Shown piece by piece: positions 14,120 to 27,345 of a stretch of DNA of 64,000 bases. The notes beneath the pieces were generated by a model. That model ran no database searches. It had not been told where the DNA came from and saw only the letters and a list, made by a program, of their open reading frames with translations. Both the position numbers and the translations under genes were made by a program. The stretch spans positions 12,400,001-12,464,000 of the forward strand of contig OY740814.1 of the NCBI GenBank assembly GCA_963514005.1, given 5' to 3'. Source of the DNA: Raja brachyura. Its lineage: Eukaryota. Every line of letters starts with the position of its first letter. Position 1 is the stretch's first letter.

Positions 14120-16584
14120 GTAAGAACAGGTTAATTAAAGTGCAGCTTGAGTGCAAGGTAATGATTTTTCTCGTCAATAAGTTAAATCTGCATTGAAGAT
14201 GTTTGAGTAGGTATAGATTTCACAATTTTAATATCAATTCATAACTTAATTTATTAAATACTGTACCCATTTATTGAGATTAAAAGACAATTGCTTTATT
14301 ATTCTAATAACAGATACTTGGCCTTTGACATTCAAACTAATGGTAATTCTGTACACATTGAATACATTTTAGTTATATTGCAACTAATTTGGATCTTTGA
14401 ATTGACAACTGTTTAAGATGATTGAAGCTAAGAATAATGAATGCTTGAAACCGATTTATAAGCAATCAAAAAAAAACCTTGTTTGTAAATTCACTGTTAT
14501 TGAGGTGAATGTGACAGCTATGCCAAGCTTCACTCACAGAGCTGACCTGAATACAGATTTATGTATTTTCTCCCTTTGTTCTGGGTCATCGAGCATAACA
14601 AAACATTGCCTCTATTGGTCCTATTTGTTTAGTTTGATGTTATGCTAAAACCACCGCTTTGTACCGATATATTTCTTCAGGCTAAGTCCTTAGCAATAAA
14701 TACAAATGTCTGTTTTTTGCAGATTCAAATACACTTGCTTATTTCCTTATGGACACCCTGTTTTATTCCTGTCATTTCTAACTTCTGGGAGATTATGAAC
14801 ATTTATTTCTAAAAAAAAAACAATGTGACCTCTGAGTTGCCACAGTGTACTTCAAAAATAGGGGAGTGGTTTTGAAAAGTTGTTAGTATTATGTCAGGAA
14901 GCTTTGCTACCTGCTTGAATGGCTCCCATGCTGAGTTCTTAACACCTTGGTTGGTACCAAAGCTTATGGCAAGTAATGTTGATATTTCTTATGGTTTTAT
15001 ATTTGCATATATTCTTATACCAGAGGGTGTCTTTTGGTCCACTAAGTCTATGAAGGCTTTAAGAACAATCATATTAATCCCACTCTCCCTCTTAGATCCC
15101 GGTAACTTATTCTATCTTACGAGCTACCTATAGTAGGGCTATTTTACAGTTGCCAATTAATGTTACATCCAAACACTGGGTTTGGAAGAAAACTAGAGTA
15201 TTTGTGTGGGGAACCCTGTCGTCACAGGGAGAACATGCAAACTCCACACAAACAGCACCAGAGGTCAAAATCAGACCCTGGTCACAGGAGCTGTGAGACA
15301 GATGCACTACCTGTCACATCTCTATGTTACCCTGTGAAGGAAGTTTAGTTAGAAAGTACACAGGAAATAAAATATACACTTACAGTCTGAAGAAGGATCC
15401 TGACCCAAAATATTTTCTGTCCATTGTCCTCCACAGATGCTGCACTACCCGCTGAGTTCCTCTAGCACTTTGTTTTTTACTCAGCATCTTGGCTACCCCA
15501 GCTTTCGGGATACTAGTGGTCCCTGGAAACCTCCCAGCTCCATAAAATTAGTGGCCTTTGACATCTTTTATTGAAATGGACGGAGAACCACTGTTCTCCG
15601 TAAAACAACTTAATTGCTCTTTGATTCCTTTCTAAATAAAGCTTGATTTTCTCCTTTCTAGAGGAACTTGATTTTCTCTTGTGGAAAAGTGATCAAGTTT
15701 TGCTCCTTTGTGAAGTCATGCACTTCAAATAGGAGAACTAGCAGAATTTCCTTCTCCCCTCGGTGGCATTAAAGTCCACCTCTGTCTTTAACCCAACCAC
15801 GTACATTTTGAAAATAAAAGTTTCAAATGGTGTAGCAATTTTAATTTTACGTGATGCAACCTAATGTTATAAAACTTAAATATGGTGAAACAATTTCTAT
15901 TGTTTCTGACGATCTACTCTATGCCTCTTATAATTTTCTGTACCTCGATCTGGTCAGCCCTCAGCCCCTTCCTTCCAGGGAAAACAAACCCATCCAATCT
16001 TATCCCATAACTAAAATTCTCCACTTCAGGTGAGCTTCTGGTGAATTTCCTCTGTACTTTCTGTCTTGCAATCAAACATTTTGTAAAGCACAGTGACCAA
16101 AGCTCTGCAAATTACTCCAAATACAGCAGAGCCAGTGTTTCGGAAAGTTATAGCCTAGCCCCTTCTGAAGAAATATGTGAGAACTCTGGCAGGTCATTGC
16201 TCTGAATTGTTAACTCCTCCTAACATGGATGTCTGCCCTTTTGACCATTTTGCAGAATTATTACAATGTGTTTATTTCAGACATCAAGCATTTTGGATAG
16301 TTGAGACTGACCTTGGTTATTGCAGAGAACTATTTAAAATTTAAGCAAATTTATTATAAGGCCTAAAAAATTAAATTAAAAATTGAGTTGCTGAAACACT
16401 AGCGGGTGTCACACATCCAATATCAGGGAAGATGATTGTTGGAGGCAAATAATCAAACCCTCCAGACCATCACTGCTGTGAAGGTGCTGAAGGTGATTTC
16501 CTGGATTAAACTATTTATTATCCACTACTTCATCAAATACTTTCCCACCATCATCAGATCAGAAATAGTTTATTACTGATTGTA

Positions 16585-17625
16585 GTGACTAGTGGGGTGC
16601 CGCAAGGCTCAGTGCTGGGACCCCAGCTATTTACAATATATATTAATGATTTGGACGAGGGAATTCAATGCAACATCTCCAAATTTGCAGATGATACCAA
16701 GCTGGGGGGTATAGTTAGGTGTGAGGAGGATGCTTGGAGGCTGCAGGGTGATTTGGATAGGCTGAGTGAATGGGCAGATGCATGGCAGATGCAGTATAAT
16801 GTGGATAAATGTGAGGTTATCCACTTTGGTGGCAAAAACATGAGGGTAGACTATTATCTGAATGGTGGCAGATTAGGAAAGGGGGAGATGCAACGAGACC
16901 TGGGTGTCATGGTACACCAGTCATTGAAAGTAGGCATGCAGGTGCAGCAGGCAGTGAAGAAAGCAAATGGTATGTTAGCATTCATAGCGAAAGGATTTGA
17001 GTATAGGAGCAGGGAGGTTCTACTGCAGTTGTACAGGGTTTTGGTGAGGCCACACCTGGAGTATTGCGTACAGTTTTGGTCTCCAAATCTGAGGAAAGAC
17101 ATCCTTGCCATAGAGGGGGTACAGAGAAGATTCACCAGACTGATTCCTGGGATGTCAGGACTTTCATATGAGGAAAGATTGGATAGACTCGGCTTGTACT
17201 CGCTGGAATTTAGAAGATTGAGGGGGGATCTTATAGAAACTTACAAAATTCTTAAGGGGTTGGACAAGCTAGATGCTGGAAGATTGTTCCCGATGTTGGG
17301 GGAGTCCAGAACAAGGGGTCACAGTCTAAGGATAAGGGGGAATTCCTTTAGGACTGAAATGAGGAAAACATTCTTTACACAGAGAGTGGTGAGTCTCTGG
17401 AATTCTCTGCCACAGAAGGTAGTTGAGGCCAGTTCATTGGCTATATTTAAGAGGGCGTTAGATGAGGCACTTGTGGCTAAAGGGATCAGGGGGTATGGAG
17501 AGAAGGCAGGTACGGGATACTGAGTTGGATGATCAGCCATGATCACATTGAATGGCGGTGCAGGCTCGAAGGGCCGAAGGGCCTACTCCTGCACCTATTT
17601 TCTATGTTTCTATGTTTCTATGTAT
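16585..17625 (+). mobile_element. Young CR1 LINE 3' fragment (uninterrupted RT C-terminal ORF, 312 aa)
   Basis: SGVPQGSVLGP, KFADDTKL, LVRPHLEYC, RRLRGDLIE motifs; CR1 3' UTR and (CTATGTTT)n tail. Confidence 0.95.
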
Positions 17626-19619
17626 TTCAGGTCAGTGTTCTGACCTCAGCTTTTTCTCCAGGAAAGTTGATTGTTGCTTTTTATTGCACTGGGTGAAAAT
17701 ATTTATTTGTATTATGATCTCTTATTTATTAATTGTTTCTGTATTCCTGTTCAAATAGTTTTTTTTCAAAATATTTAATTATCTGCACTAAAGATATGTA
17801 TTCTTTTTTAAGTTTGTGTGAAAGAAAATATGCTGAAACAGCTTTGTGAGATTTCGGAACATTTAAAATTGAGTGATTAATCAAGGGAGCGAGCATCTAT
17901 CTGTCTGGCAGTGTGATTTTCCCAGTGGCATGATCAGATTGCACCAAGCTGCTTCGCTTATCCAGCATAAGTAGTGATGTTTTTTTAACATGACCCACTA
18001 CAGCTAATCCAAACCATTCTATTAAAATGTAATGATAACAAATTATGGGCCCTTGTAGAGTTCTCTCAACTCTTCTCGTGCTGAACTGCAAAATCTACAT
18101 CCTCAATCCTGAACTGAGCTTGTTATTCAAGATCAAACTACTTATTGCCACCTCCTGAAATGCCACTTGTCTGTCTTCCACCCCCACTCTGAAACATGAC
18201 TTTGATCACTGGAACGCCTCCGATTCTATCAACCTAGTGTTTAACCTGTAACTCGAGTTGCCACAACTTCTGCTTGAGACACAAAAGACTGCAGATGCTA
18301 GAATCTTAAGCAAAAAACAAACTGCTCAAGGATCTCAACGGGTCAAGCAGCATCTGTGGAGGGAAATAGACCGTGTTTAGCGTCGGGACTCTTCTTCAGA
18401 TGGATCTCATCTTATGGACAAATTGGTTGAAGTGGACAAATATTTTGTATTATGCTCTAAATTGGTGACCTTATGCTTTTTTTAGTGATCTATCGTTTCA
18501 GTCCTATCATCTTCCAACCTCATCCACTTACCATAGCCATCCCTCTGCTCTCACACCCAACGAATAAATGTCATGCCCTTGCCTTTGTTTGCAAATGATC
18601 TTGGTGCATTTGCATCATCGTAACTGCTGTGCTGTTTCCCCTCAAGCCCCAGGGATCCATCGTGCATTGGAAAACCTTGTGCTGTCAACTCCTGCTCTCT
18701 GCAATTTGTTCCAATAATCCACTAGCCGTTTCATATTAATTTTGAAATTTCCCTTTGAAACTTACTTTTGAGACCTTTCTTTCTTGGCCTGCTTCGCCTA
18801 ACTTGTCTATTAAGCCGACCATTGTAGTATGATACTTCAAATATGTAATTTATTCACTCCAACCACCATCATCACCACAACCCCCCTTCCCCCCCCCCCC
18901 CCCCCCCCTCAAATCTTTTAGAGGATAAAGTTAACCACTGGGAGGAAGGAAGTTCATTTCCTCAATGGATGTGCTGCTTTGTTGCTTAAAAAAATAGGTT
19001 GTCAAATATTTGCTCTTGTGCAAAATTGTAGTAAGATATTTAGTCTAAATATTTTTTCTTGTGTTATTGCTTTTTCTTAAAGAGCATTTTGTATGTAGGG
19101 TGAAAAGTGGGAACATTTACAGATTTCTACATTAAAAGAGAAATCAAAGATGTATAAATGATCTACTTTCTGCATGGAACATCAGTGGATATTTGCCGAG
19201 CAATCCCTCTACTTGCTGCGAGATTCCAGGGCATCTAGTTGTTGTTGTTGTTGCAGTGGTGTGCCACATAAGTATCCATTTAATCTCTTCTGCTTGACTG
19301 GCTTCTAAAAGGTCTGGTTCACAGTCGACTCGTGCAATGACAACCTGATCCAACAGGTTACACTGAATCTTCATTCATCTCTTTCATGGAGTGTTGGGTT
19401 AGGTTTGGAATCAAATAGGAGTCTTTTTTTCCCCTTCATATCCCTTTTTATAAGATATAGGAGCAGAAGAAATAGGCCATTCGGTCTATCGAGTCAGCTC
19501 TGCAATTCAATCATGGCAGATCTGTTTGTATTGTTTCATCAACGTGTCAAAAATCTTTAATAATCATAATGCACATTATAAGAGGACTGCGTAATCTTTA
19601 TAATGTTTTTCTATTTTAG

Positions 19620-19868
19620 TATCTGCAATGGAAGGAAGCATGAATGAATCGAGTAGCGATGAAACCAGTGGTAATTCCAGCCCAACTCTGCGGAGACGAC
19701 GCATGCGAAAAAGAACCCTATCTTCTTCTGAAGCAGAGGAAAAACCAGAGGAGGAAGTGGTGGATGGAGAACAGCAGCAGCAGCAGCATCGATTCAATAC
19801 CACTCTGAATAAATGCATTTTACTTGCACTGGTTATTGCTTTCAGCATGGGATTTGGGCACTTCTATG
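19620..19868 (+). CDS. CCPG1: CCPG1 coding exon 5 (ESSSDETS, LRRRRMRKRT, short CAG/polyQ, transmembrane [18 protein letters not shown])
   Basis: Acceptor attttag, donor gtaagt at 19869, 249 nt, phase 1 to 1. Matches human [22 protein letters not shown]. Confidence 0.96.
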
Positions 19869-20129
19869 GTAAGTTCAACTTGTTACCTTGTCAATACATT
19901 GCTCCTCCCTCCATATAGTTGGTGCCTCAAGGTGCTTCTCAGAAGAGAAAATGTGAAGAGAAAGAGATTGTTACGATTAAAATTTAAACTAGAGAGAGGC
20001 AGGAGGATGGGTACCAGAGTATTAGGTTAGAAATTGGAGAGAGTAATAGGAAGGTAGAGGTTCGGACCGATAAGTCTTAAAAGGAAGGATAGGCAGGGAG
20101 AAGCAGGGATTGGAACGAATATGGTGATG

Positions 20130-22510
20130 CTGAAAAGCTGAAGTGTTTATTTAAATGCAAGGAATATTGCAGAGAAAATAGGCTAACTTAAGAGCCTAGG
20201 TTGGTGCTTCAGACAATGATGTTGTAGCCATTGCAAAAACGTGCTTGCAAGAGGGACATGACTAGCAGCTCAATGTTCCGGCATTTCGACGTTTCAGGCG
20301 TGATCGAGAGGGAGGCAAAGGGGTGGAGGATTTGCAGGAAGACTGTCACGGCAGCTCTCAGAGGAACTGGAGAGTTTGTTCGCTGAGGCAGTATGGGTAG
20401 AGCTTATAAATAAGGAAGGTGCAAGCACACTAATGCGATTGTACAATAAGCCCCCCAATAGCAAGCGGGAGACAGGGGAACGGATATGCAAACAAATTAT
20501 GGAAAGATGCAAAAGCAACAGGGCCTTGGATGGGGCAGAATATGTGAGGTGTATCAAAGAGTTTCTTGAAACAGTATGTGGATAGTCCAACCTGACAAGG
20601 GAAAATATCGGACCTTGAGTTGGGAAATGAGCCTAGCCAGGTTACTGGTGTTTTAGTGGAAGAGCCTTTTGGGTATACTGATGTTTTGAATCTGGAGAAG
20701 CTGAACCTTGCAGGAGTTAAATTGCCTAAATTGGACTAAGGTAAATTACAATTTTATTAGGCAGGCGTTCTGGTGAGTACACTGGGAGCAATTGCTATTG
20801 GGCAAGTCTATATCTGACGTGGGAGTCATTTAAAGACCAGTTGGTCGAAATTCAGAACCAGCTTGTTCCAGTAAGGAGGATAAGTTTGGTCAATAAGAAA
20901 AAGGAAATATAAAGAAAGGAGGAAAGAACTCAAGCAGGCATTTATAAGGACCCAAAAGGGGCCATGAAATTCCTTTGCGAGTTGGATTATAGAAAATCCC
21001 AATGTTTTTTACACCTATATTACAAACAAAATGGTAATCATGTAGAAAGTAGGACTGGTCAAGGATCAAGAAGGGAATTTGTACGAGGTGTCTGGGGAGG
21101 TAGGTGAGGTACTAAACGGGTACTTTGCATCTCTTTTTACCAATAAACAGACTTGGAGGGTAGTGCGATAAGTGCAGAGAATAGGTTAATTGGCCGTAAA
21201 TTGCCCTTAGTGTGTAGGGAGTGGATGTGAAAGTGAGATAATATAGAACTAGTGTAAATGGGTGAGAGATGATCGCCGTGGACTAGATGGGCCAAAAGGC
21301 ATGTTTCCATGCTGTATTTTTTTCAATCAACCTTTCAATCAATATTAGTATGCAAGGGCATCTTGAGATTAAGGTGGAGGTGATGTCGGTGTTCTTAAAC
21401 CATTAAAGTGGTTAAATACCTTGGACCTGATGTGATATACCCTAGGTTATTGAGAGAGGCAAAAGAGGAAATTGCAGAAGCCTTGACAAAGATCTTTGTG
21501 TCTTCTCTAGCCAGAAGTGACATACTGGAGGACTGGAGAGTAACTAATGTTGTTCCGTTATTTAAGTAAGGAAAATCCAGGAAATTATAGTTCAGTGAAC
21601 CTCAAGTCAGTAGTTGGGAAGCTTTTGGAGAAGATTGTTTGGGATAGGATTTACTCGGAATATAGATCGGCTCCAGAAGCAGGTGGGGAAATGGCAGATG
21701 GAATTTAATCTGAGCAAGTGTGAGGAAAGATATGGGGGCTTTGGAAAGGGTGCAGAGGCAGTTTACCTGGATCTGAGGGTATACGGTTCAGGGAGGGGTT
21801 GGGTGGTCACGGTGGCGCAGCAGTAGAGTTACTGCCTTGCAGCGAATGAAGTGCCAGAGACCCTGGTTTGATCCCGACTACGGGTGCTGTCTGTACGGAG
21901 TTTGTACGTTCTCCCCGTGACCTGCGTGGGTTTTCCCAGAGATCTTCGGTTTCCTCCCACACTCCAAAGACATACGTGTTTGTAGGTTAATTCGATTGGT
22001 AAATGTAAAAATTGTCCCTAGTGGGTGCAGGAGAGTGTTGATGTGCGGGGGGATCGCTGGTCGACGTGGACCCAGTGGGCTGAAGGGCCTGTTTCCGCGC
22101 AGTATCTCTTATAACTAAACTAAAACCTGGATTGTTTTCTCTGGAATACCGGAGGTTGTGGGGAGACCTTATAAAAGAATATTAAATTGAAAGGCATAGC
22201 TAGTGGAGACAGAATCTCTTTCTTTGGATAGAAAAATCAAATACTCGAGGCATAGCATTAAGGTACGAGGGGCTAAGTTTTAAGGATATCTGTGGGGGAA
22301 GTTTTTTTCCATACAGAGGGTGGTGAGTGCCTGGAACGCGCTGCCAACGTTGGTGGTTAGCTGATATGAAAGTAGAATTTCAGAGACTGGATATGCAAGG
22401 AATGGAGGGATATGGATTATGTACAGGTAAATAAGAGATGGGCTTGACGTCATGTTCGACACCGACATTGTGGGCCAAAGGGCCTGTTCTTGTGCTGTAC
22501 TGTTCTATGT
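20130..22510 (+). mobile_element. Degraded CR1 LINE with nested SINEs
   Basis: Decayed endonuclease/RT-like segments (tggagagtaactaatgttgttccgttatttaag) and CR1 tail gggcctgttcttgtgctgtactgttctatgtt. Confidence 0.75.
21801..22125 (+). mobile_element. Near full-length HE1-like SINE inserted in CR1
   Basis: ggtggcgcagcagtagag A-box head, ggtttgatcccga B-box, cggtttcctcccacactcc core, (ACTAA)n tail. Confidence 0.85.
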
Positions 22511-22963
22511 TCAACTTTTTGAATAGGGTTTTCAAAGCAGAGATTAAAAGATGAATGGAGAGAGGTTTAGTGTTAACTCAGTTGAATACTTTTACAAAGT
22601 GAATTGAGGGAGGGGGAAATAGAAAAATTGTTCTGTAGCCTTGGATAATGCAATCTTGTTGCATTTGTTTGCTATTCTTTTCTTAAGTTTATGGTATCAC
22701 TGACTGAGCTAATGCAGACTGTTGTTTTTGATTCTGCTACATTCTTTTCGGTGACCATTATAACCTCTGCTACCTGTCCACCTAGGAAGTATGAGAGCTA
22801 TATTTAAAAATTACCTAAGAAAGACACAAAAAGCTGGAGTAACTCATTACCTTGTTAGTTCAATGAGAAGGCTGGAAATAAGACAACATTATGTTTTATA
22901 AAAGCGTATGCAGAGGGCACTCATTGTTTAAGGGTAGGATTGGTCATAGAGAACTATACTGTA

Positions 22964-23500
22964 CAGTAAACCCTCGTTTTGACAGACCTTTTTATAATGG
23001 ATTTCAGTTATAGCGGACGAACCTGCCGATGGCTGCCTTGGCTCACACAGCCGCTTGCCTACAGACCCGGCTGCCCATGTCACCCCTGGCCCCCACCCCC
23101 TCTCCAGCTGCTTCCAGGTGTTTGCTGCTACCGCCGACTTTTACCTGTATTATGACTGCCTACAGGCCACGACCATTGACTCCACCGATCCCTGCCCCTC
23201 CCCTAGTCGCCAGCAGGCCAGGGCCGTCAACTCACTTGGATTCCAGACCCAGTTCCAGACTGCGAGTCTGAAGAAAGGCCTCGAAAGGAAAAGTCACTTA
23301 TCCATGTTCTCCAGAGATGCTGCCTGACCTGCTGAGTTACTCCAGCACTTTGTGTTCTTTTATGTATTAACCAGCAACTGCAGCTTTTGGTTCTGCTACT
23401 TATACAATGATAATATCGTACTTGGTTATAGCGGACATTCGGCAATAACGGACAGCATTCCACCCCCCTCCCCATGGTCCATTATAACAAGGGTTTGCTG
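22964..23500. mobile_element. Tc1/mariner (Tigger/pogo-like) MITE
   Basis: Imperfect TIRs CAGTAAACCCTCGTT… / …AACAAGGGTTTGCTG, flanked by TA on both sides; carries a Penelope-like fragment at about 23265-23385. Confidence 0.75.
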
Positions 23501-23947
23501 TATTTTGTTATGTCTCAGTTGGCGTTGGTTACTAAAACGAATAGATGCAGCCTCAATGGAAATACCCATCATGAGGAATTAAAAAATGTATATGTGAAAG
23601 ATAGACTACAAACTGGTGCAGAGAACTTGTGTTATTTTTTTCCTTGGTTCTTGAAGCCATCTGTAGGCGTATGCTTGTTTTATTACCGAAAGATAACATA
23701 AAGGGAAAAGGCAATAAAAATGCATGCTTTCAGAACACATTACCACCTTTCAGTCCTGAGATTAAACAGTAAATTGAACTGCCAACTGTCACGTGCTCAT
23801 TCTTACGAATTCGGGGAAATCAGCTTGACCTTCCATGCGTGTGTTGTTGATGTACTGCATTTGGTTTAAAGGCCAGTCTGGTGTGAAGTAACGCACAGTT
23901 TTCTGTTCTGTATTGTGGCTTATGGTTAGTTTTTTATGTATTTTCAG

Positions 23948-23959
23948 GTGAATTTGAAG
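23948..23959 (+). CDS. CCPG1: Candidate CCPG1 alternative microexon A (12 nt, GTGAATTTGAAG; adds GEFE)
   Basis: tttttatgtattttcag acceptor and AAG|gtaaga donor; in frame in a phase-1 intron. Confidence 0.7.
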
Positions 23960-24784
23960 GTAAGAATGGCAGTGAGTACAACAACCAAAGCCATAAGAAT
24001 TGTGTGGAAATATTTTATCAAATTTACATGCATTGCAATGGTAACTAGAGACTCTGAACCTGCCTTGACACTGCAAGCTTTATTGCTCTAAATGCCCTCA
24101 GATTTTAAATGCCAAGATAGTCTTAGTTTTGTATATTTTAAAGGAAATTTGCTTCTAATGAAATGAACAATGGCACAGTTCCAGCTGTTTAAGACCATGT
24201 AGTACAGAGGTTGTAACTCATTTAATGCAACATGGAAACAAGACCAATGGTCCACTGCTCTGCCCATCAACTACCCATCTGCACCAATTCCTATTTTCTT
24301 CTCATGCATTCCCTTCAACAACCCCTAGAATCTACTATTCACTTCCACGCTTAGGTCAATTTATAGTGACAAATTATCCCACGTCTCTGGGATATGAAAG
24401 GAAACTGGACAACCTGAGGAAACTCACAGTCATAGGGCAAATGTATAAACTCCACATAGACAGGATGGAACCTAGGTGCTGGAACTGTGAAATAACAGCT
24501 CTATTAGCTTCACCATTGCCACTGCTGTTTTTATTTATAGATTTTTTTTTTTGTGTGAGGTGTATCAAAGAGAAAACAAACAATGTACCAAAAATGTTTT
24601 GAATACTAGCATTTTTGTGATGCTGTTTATGAAGAGTTTTTAATGCACCCTTCACAAAAGGAAATCTCAGTATTCAACTTAATAGCAACTGGAACAGGTG
24701 TGATCAGGTCTAAATCCCAACACTTCAAGCATCAAAGTGCTTCATCAAGTGTACTAAATACTGGATTGTCCACTTTTAGCAATA

Positions 24785-25058
24785 CAGCTCGGAAACAGGC
24801 CCTTCGGCCCAAAGCGTATGCGCCGACCAGCCATCCCCGTACACTAACACTACTCTAGTTTACAGTTTTTACCAAAGCCAGTTAGCCTATAAACCTGTAC
24901 GTCTTTGGAGTGTGGGAGGAAACCGGAGCTCCCGGGGAAAACCCACGTGGTCACAGGGAGAACGTGCAAACTCCGTACAGACAGCACCCGTAGTCAGGAT
25001 CGATCACGGGTGTCTGGGCTGTAAGGCAGCAACTCTACATCTGTGCCACGTGCCGCCC
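24785..25058 (-). mobile_element. HE1-like SINE
   Basis: Reverse complement of the element at 21801-22125. Confidence 0.85.
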
Positions 25059-25127
25059 ATGTTTTGCTTTAACAATAATATGGTTTTAACGATACTTTTC
25101 CATTTGAGCTAACAATAATGCGTGCAG

Positions 25128-25140
25128 TAGTTAAGACAAG
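25128..25140 (+). CDS. CCPG1: Candidate CCPG1 alternative microexon B (13 nt, TAGTTAAGACAAG; 10 nt if second AG of CAGTAG used)
   Basis: ctaac branch point, tgcgtgcag acceptor, weak AAG|gtttct donor, followed by GCATG cluster; frame restored only with microexon D. Confidence 0.5.
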
Positions 25141-26398
25141 GTTTCTTCATATTGAACATTTGGATTTGAGTCGGCAGCATTCAGAGCATGTACAATTTGG
25201 TTTAATATTGGTTGGCTATGCAGATTAAATGCCCCTAACACTTTTTTCAATTTCCATTGTTTCAGCATGTACATATTTATTGAAATTAGTTGGTGCAATG
25301 TACAACATTTAGAATCTTTTATTTCTTGTAGCATGCAAAAAATCTTGAACATTAGATTGCAATTTTGATATTAAGTTTTGATAATTTACTTTAAGTATAT
25401 ATGCATGAACGTTTAGAAAAAATGTGCTTTGGTGAATGTCTGCAAAAATACAACGCATGACTTTTAAGAATGGAAAATGCTTTTGAACTTTTTTTACTCT
25501 TGCATTACTTTTTTTTTGGGGGGGGGGGAGAGTTAAAATAAACTTGAAATATCCAAGTACAAATAATATAAGCATGAACCAATATAATATTCCTATCCAC
25601 TATGTTTCACTTTGATTTATTGCATACGTTTTTATCTTTTGAAAGTCGTTGTATAATTTTATTGTGACATTCCTAATTGAGGTTTGTTTATAGTGTTTAT
25701 AGAAATTGAAAGGTATACCTATTCAATGAAACCCTACACTTAAGCTACAATTTGAATCAGTGCATGCTTAGAAAAGATGTATGCCAAGATGAGAACATGA
25801 CTGAACTGTCTAAAACGATCTTTATTGTTGTTTTATTGTTTGAACACACATTTGGGTTTGTCATAGTTGTAAGGATAATTTATTTTGTGTATATATCGTA
25901 TCTCCTCCACATTTAGTTGCATTTGCCATACTCACCCAACTAATCATCATCTCTTTTGTGGGCACAATTACAATTAATAGCAAACTAGATATATTGATAT
26001 TTGATTTTGGTAATCAAACATAGATGCAGTGAAATAGAATACATTATAAATCGTAAATCATCAAATCCATGAATGAAATGCCGCATTATTAAAATGTGAT
26101 CCATAGGTCATGTTTTACAATGCCACACCATTCGAAATCCCCTTATGGCTGTTTACCTTTGATCATCAAACGGGGCCAGAATGTGAAGTGTAATGGTAAA
26201 TGAAGCTGCACTGCCACACTTTCAGTTGTCTGTCATGTTGCCTAAGGCAGTAGTGTCTGCTTATATGTGTGTACACACATTGCTGATTGTAAACCTGCGC
26301 ATGTACTTGCATTTTTTAGTATTTGTATCGTCTCTGTTGAAATACATGCATTTGGGGTTGAGACTAACCTGCGAATTTAATACTTGATCCCTGTTTAG

Positions 26399-26437
26399 GA
26401 GACTTTCAAGATGGCAGCCAGTTGCCTCTGAAGAGGG
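26399..26437 (+). CDS. CCPG1: Candidate CCPG1 alternative exon C (39 nt)
   Basis: actaac branch point, ccctgtttag acceptor, GGG|gtgaga donor; open in both relevant frames. Confidence 0.62.
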
Positions 26438-27345
26438 GTGAGACGAAGCTCATTTGAAATAATGGGGAGTATGAGAAGGCCATCCTTGCTCTTGATAGCC
26501 CCCATTAAACTTTTTCTTTAAAAAAAAATGCTTTAAAATGTATATTTTAAGTTTATACTTAGAATTTCAAAAAGATAGAGTACATATGGGGATTGCTTAT
26601 TACTTGGAAAAATACTAAGTTAGTGCTCTTAACTGTACACTTTTACACTCAATTTTGCTCTCACTTCTGGCTTGTTAATTTTCACCTTAATGAAGTGATC
26701 TCTCTCTGGTGTAGCAATATTTATCTACTGCACTGGTTCTACCCCAGCAAATTGAATTCATGCTCACATTATAGACACTCGTGAAGATCAGCTTTTTAAA
26801 AAACATGTTCCCCAATGCATATAAAGTTGTGGCTGTTTTGATTTGTGCTCTTCATGTATACCAGAAGCTGGTATTGATTGGCCATTTCTTTATTATATAA
26901 GCCTCTTGAAATTAGTCGAAGATGCTTCTGGCTCAAGAGAACCAACTAGGATTAAAGCCAATATTTAATAAAACATAGTCTCCCTGTTTCACTAGTTTGC
27001 ACAAGGAAGCTGTTTCAATGCAGTTTTAATTTGTTTGATGATAAACAATGATTATTATTCCTCGATCTTTGAGCCATATTGTTGAAATATTTCTGAATAG
27101 AGGATACATTTTAGATTATTTTGGTTTATTTTGAACTAAATGTAACTCGTTCGAAAAGAATATACTCAGTAGTTAGTGCTAAATTAGGAAAAATAATAAT
27201 CAAACTGATGCGGCCTAAATTCACTTGTCTCCAATATTCCTAATTTTTTATGTTATTATATATTATACTTTTTATGTTCTTGTTTTACTCCCATTTATTT
27301 CCTTGCCCTGTGCTTCAATAATTGTTGTTGGCTCTCTGGTACCAG

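Noticed and set aside
21801-21880. tRNA-like A/B boxes
   Set aside because: Head of a SINE continuing into core and tail; not a tRNA gene.
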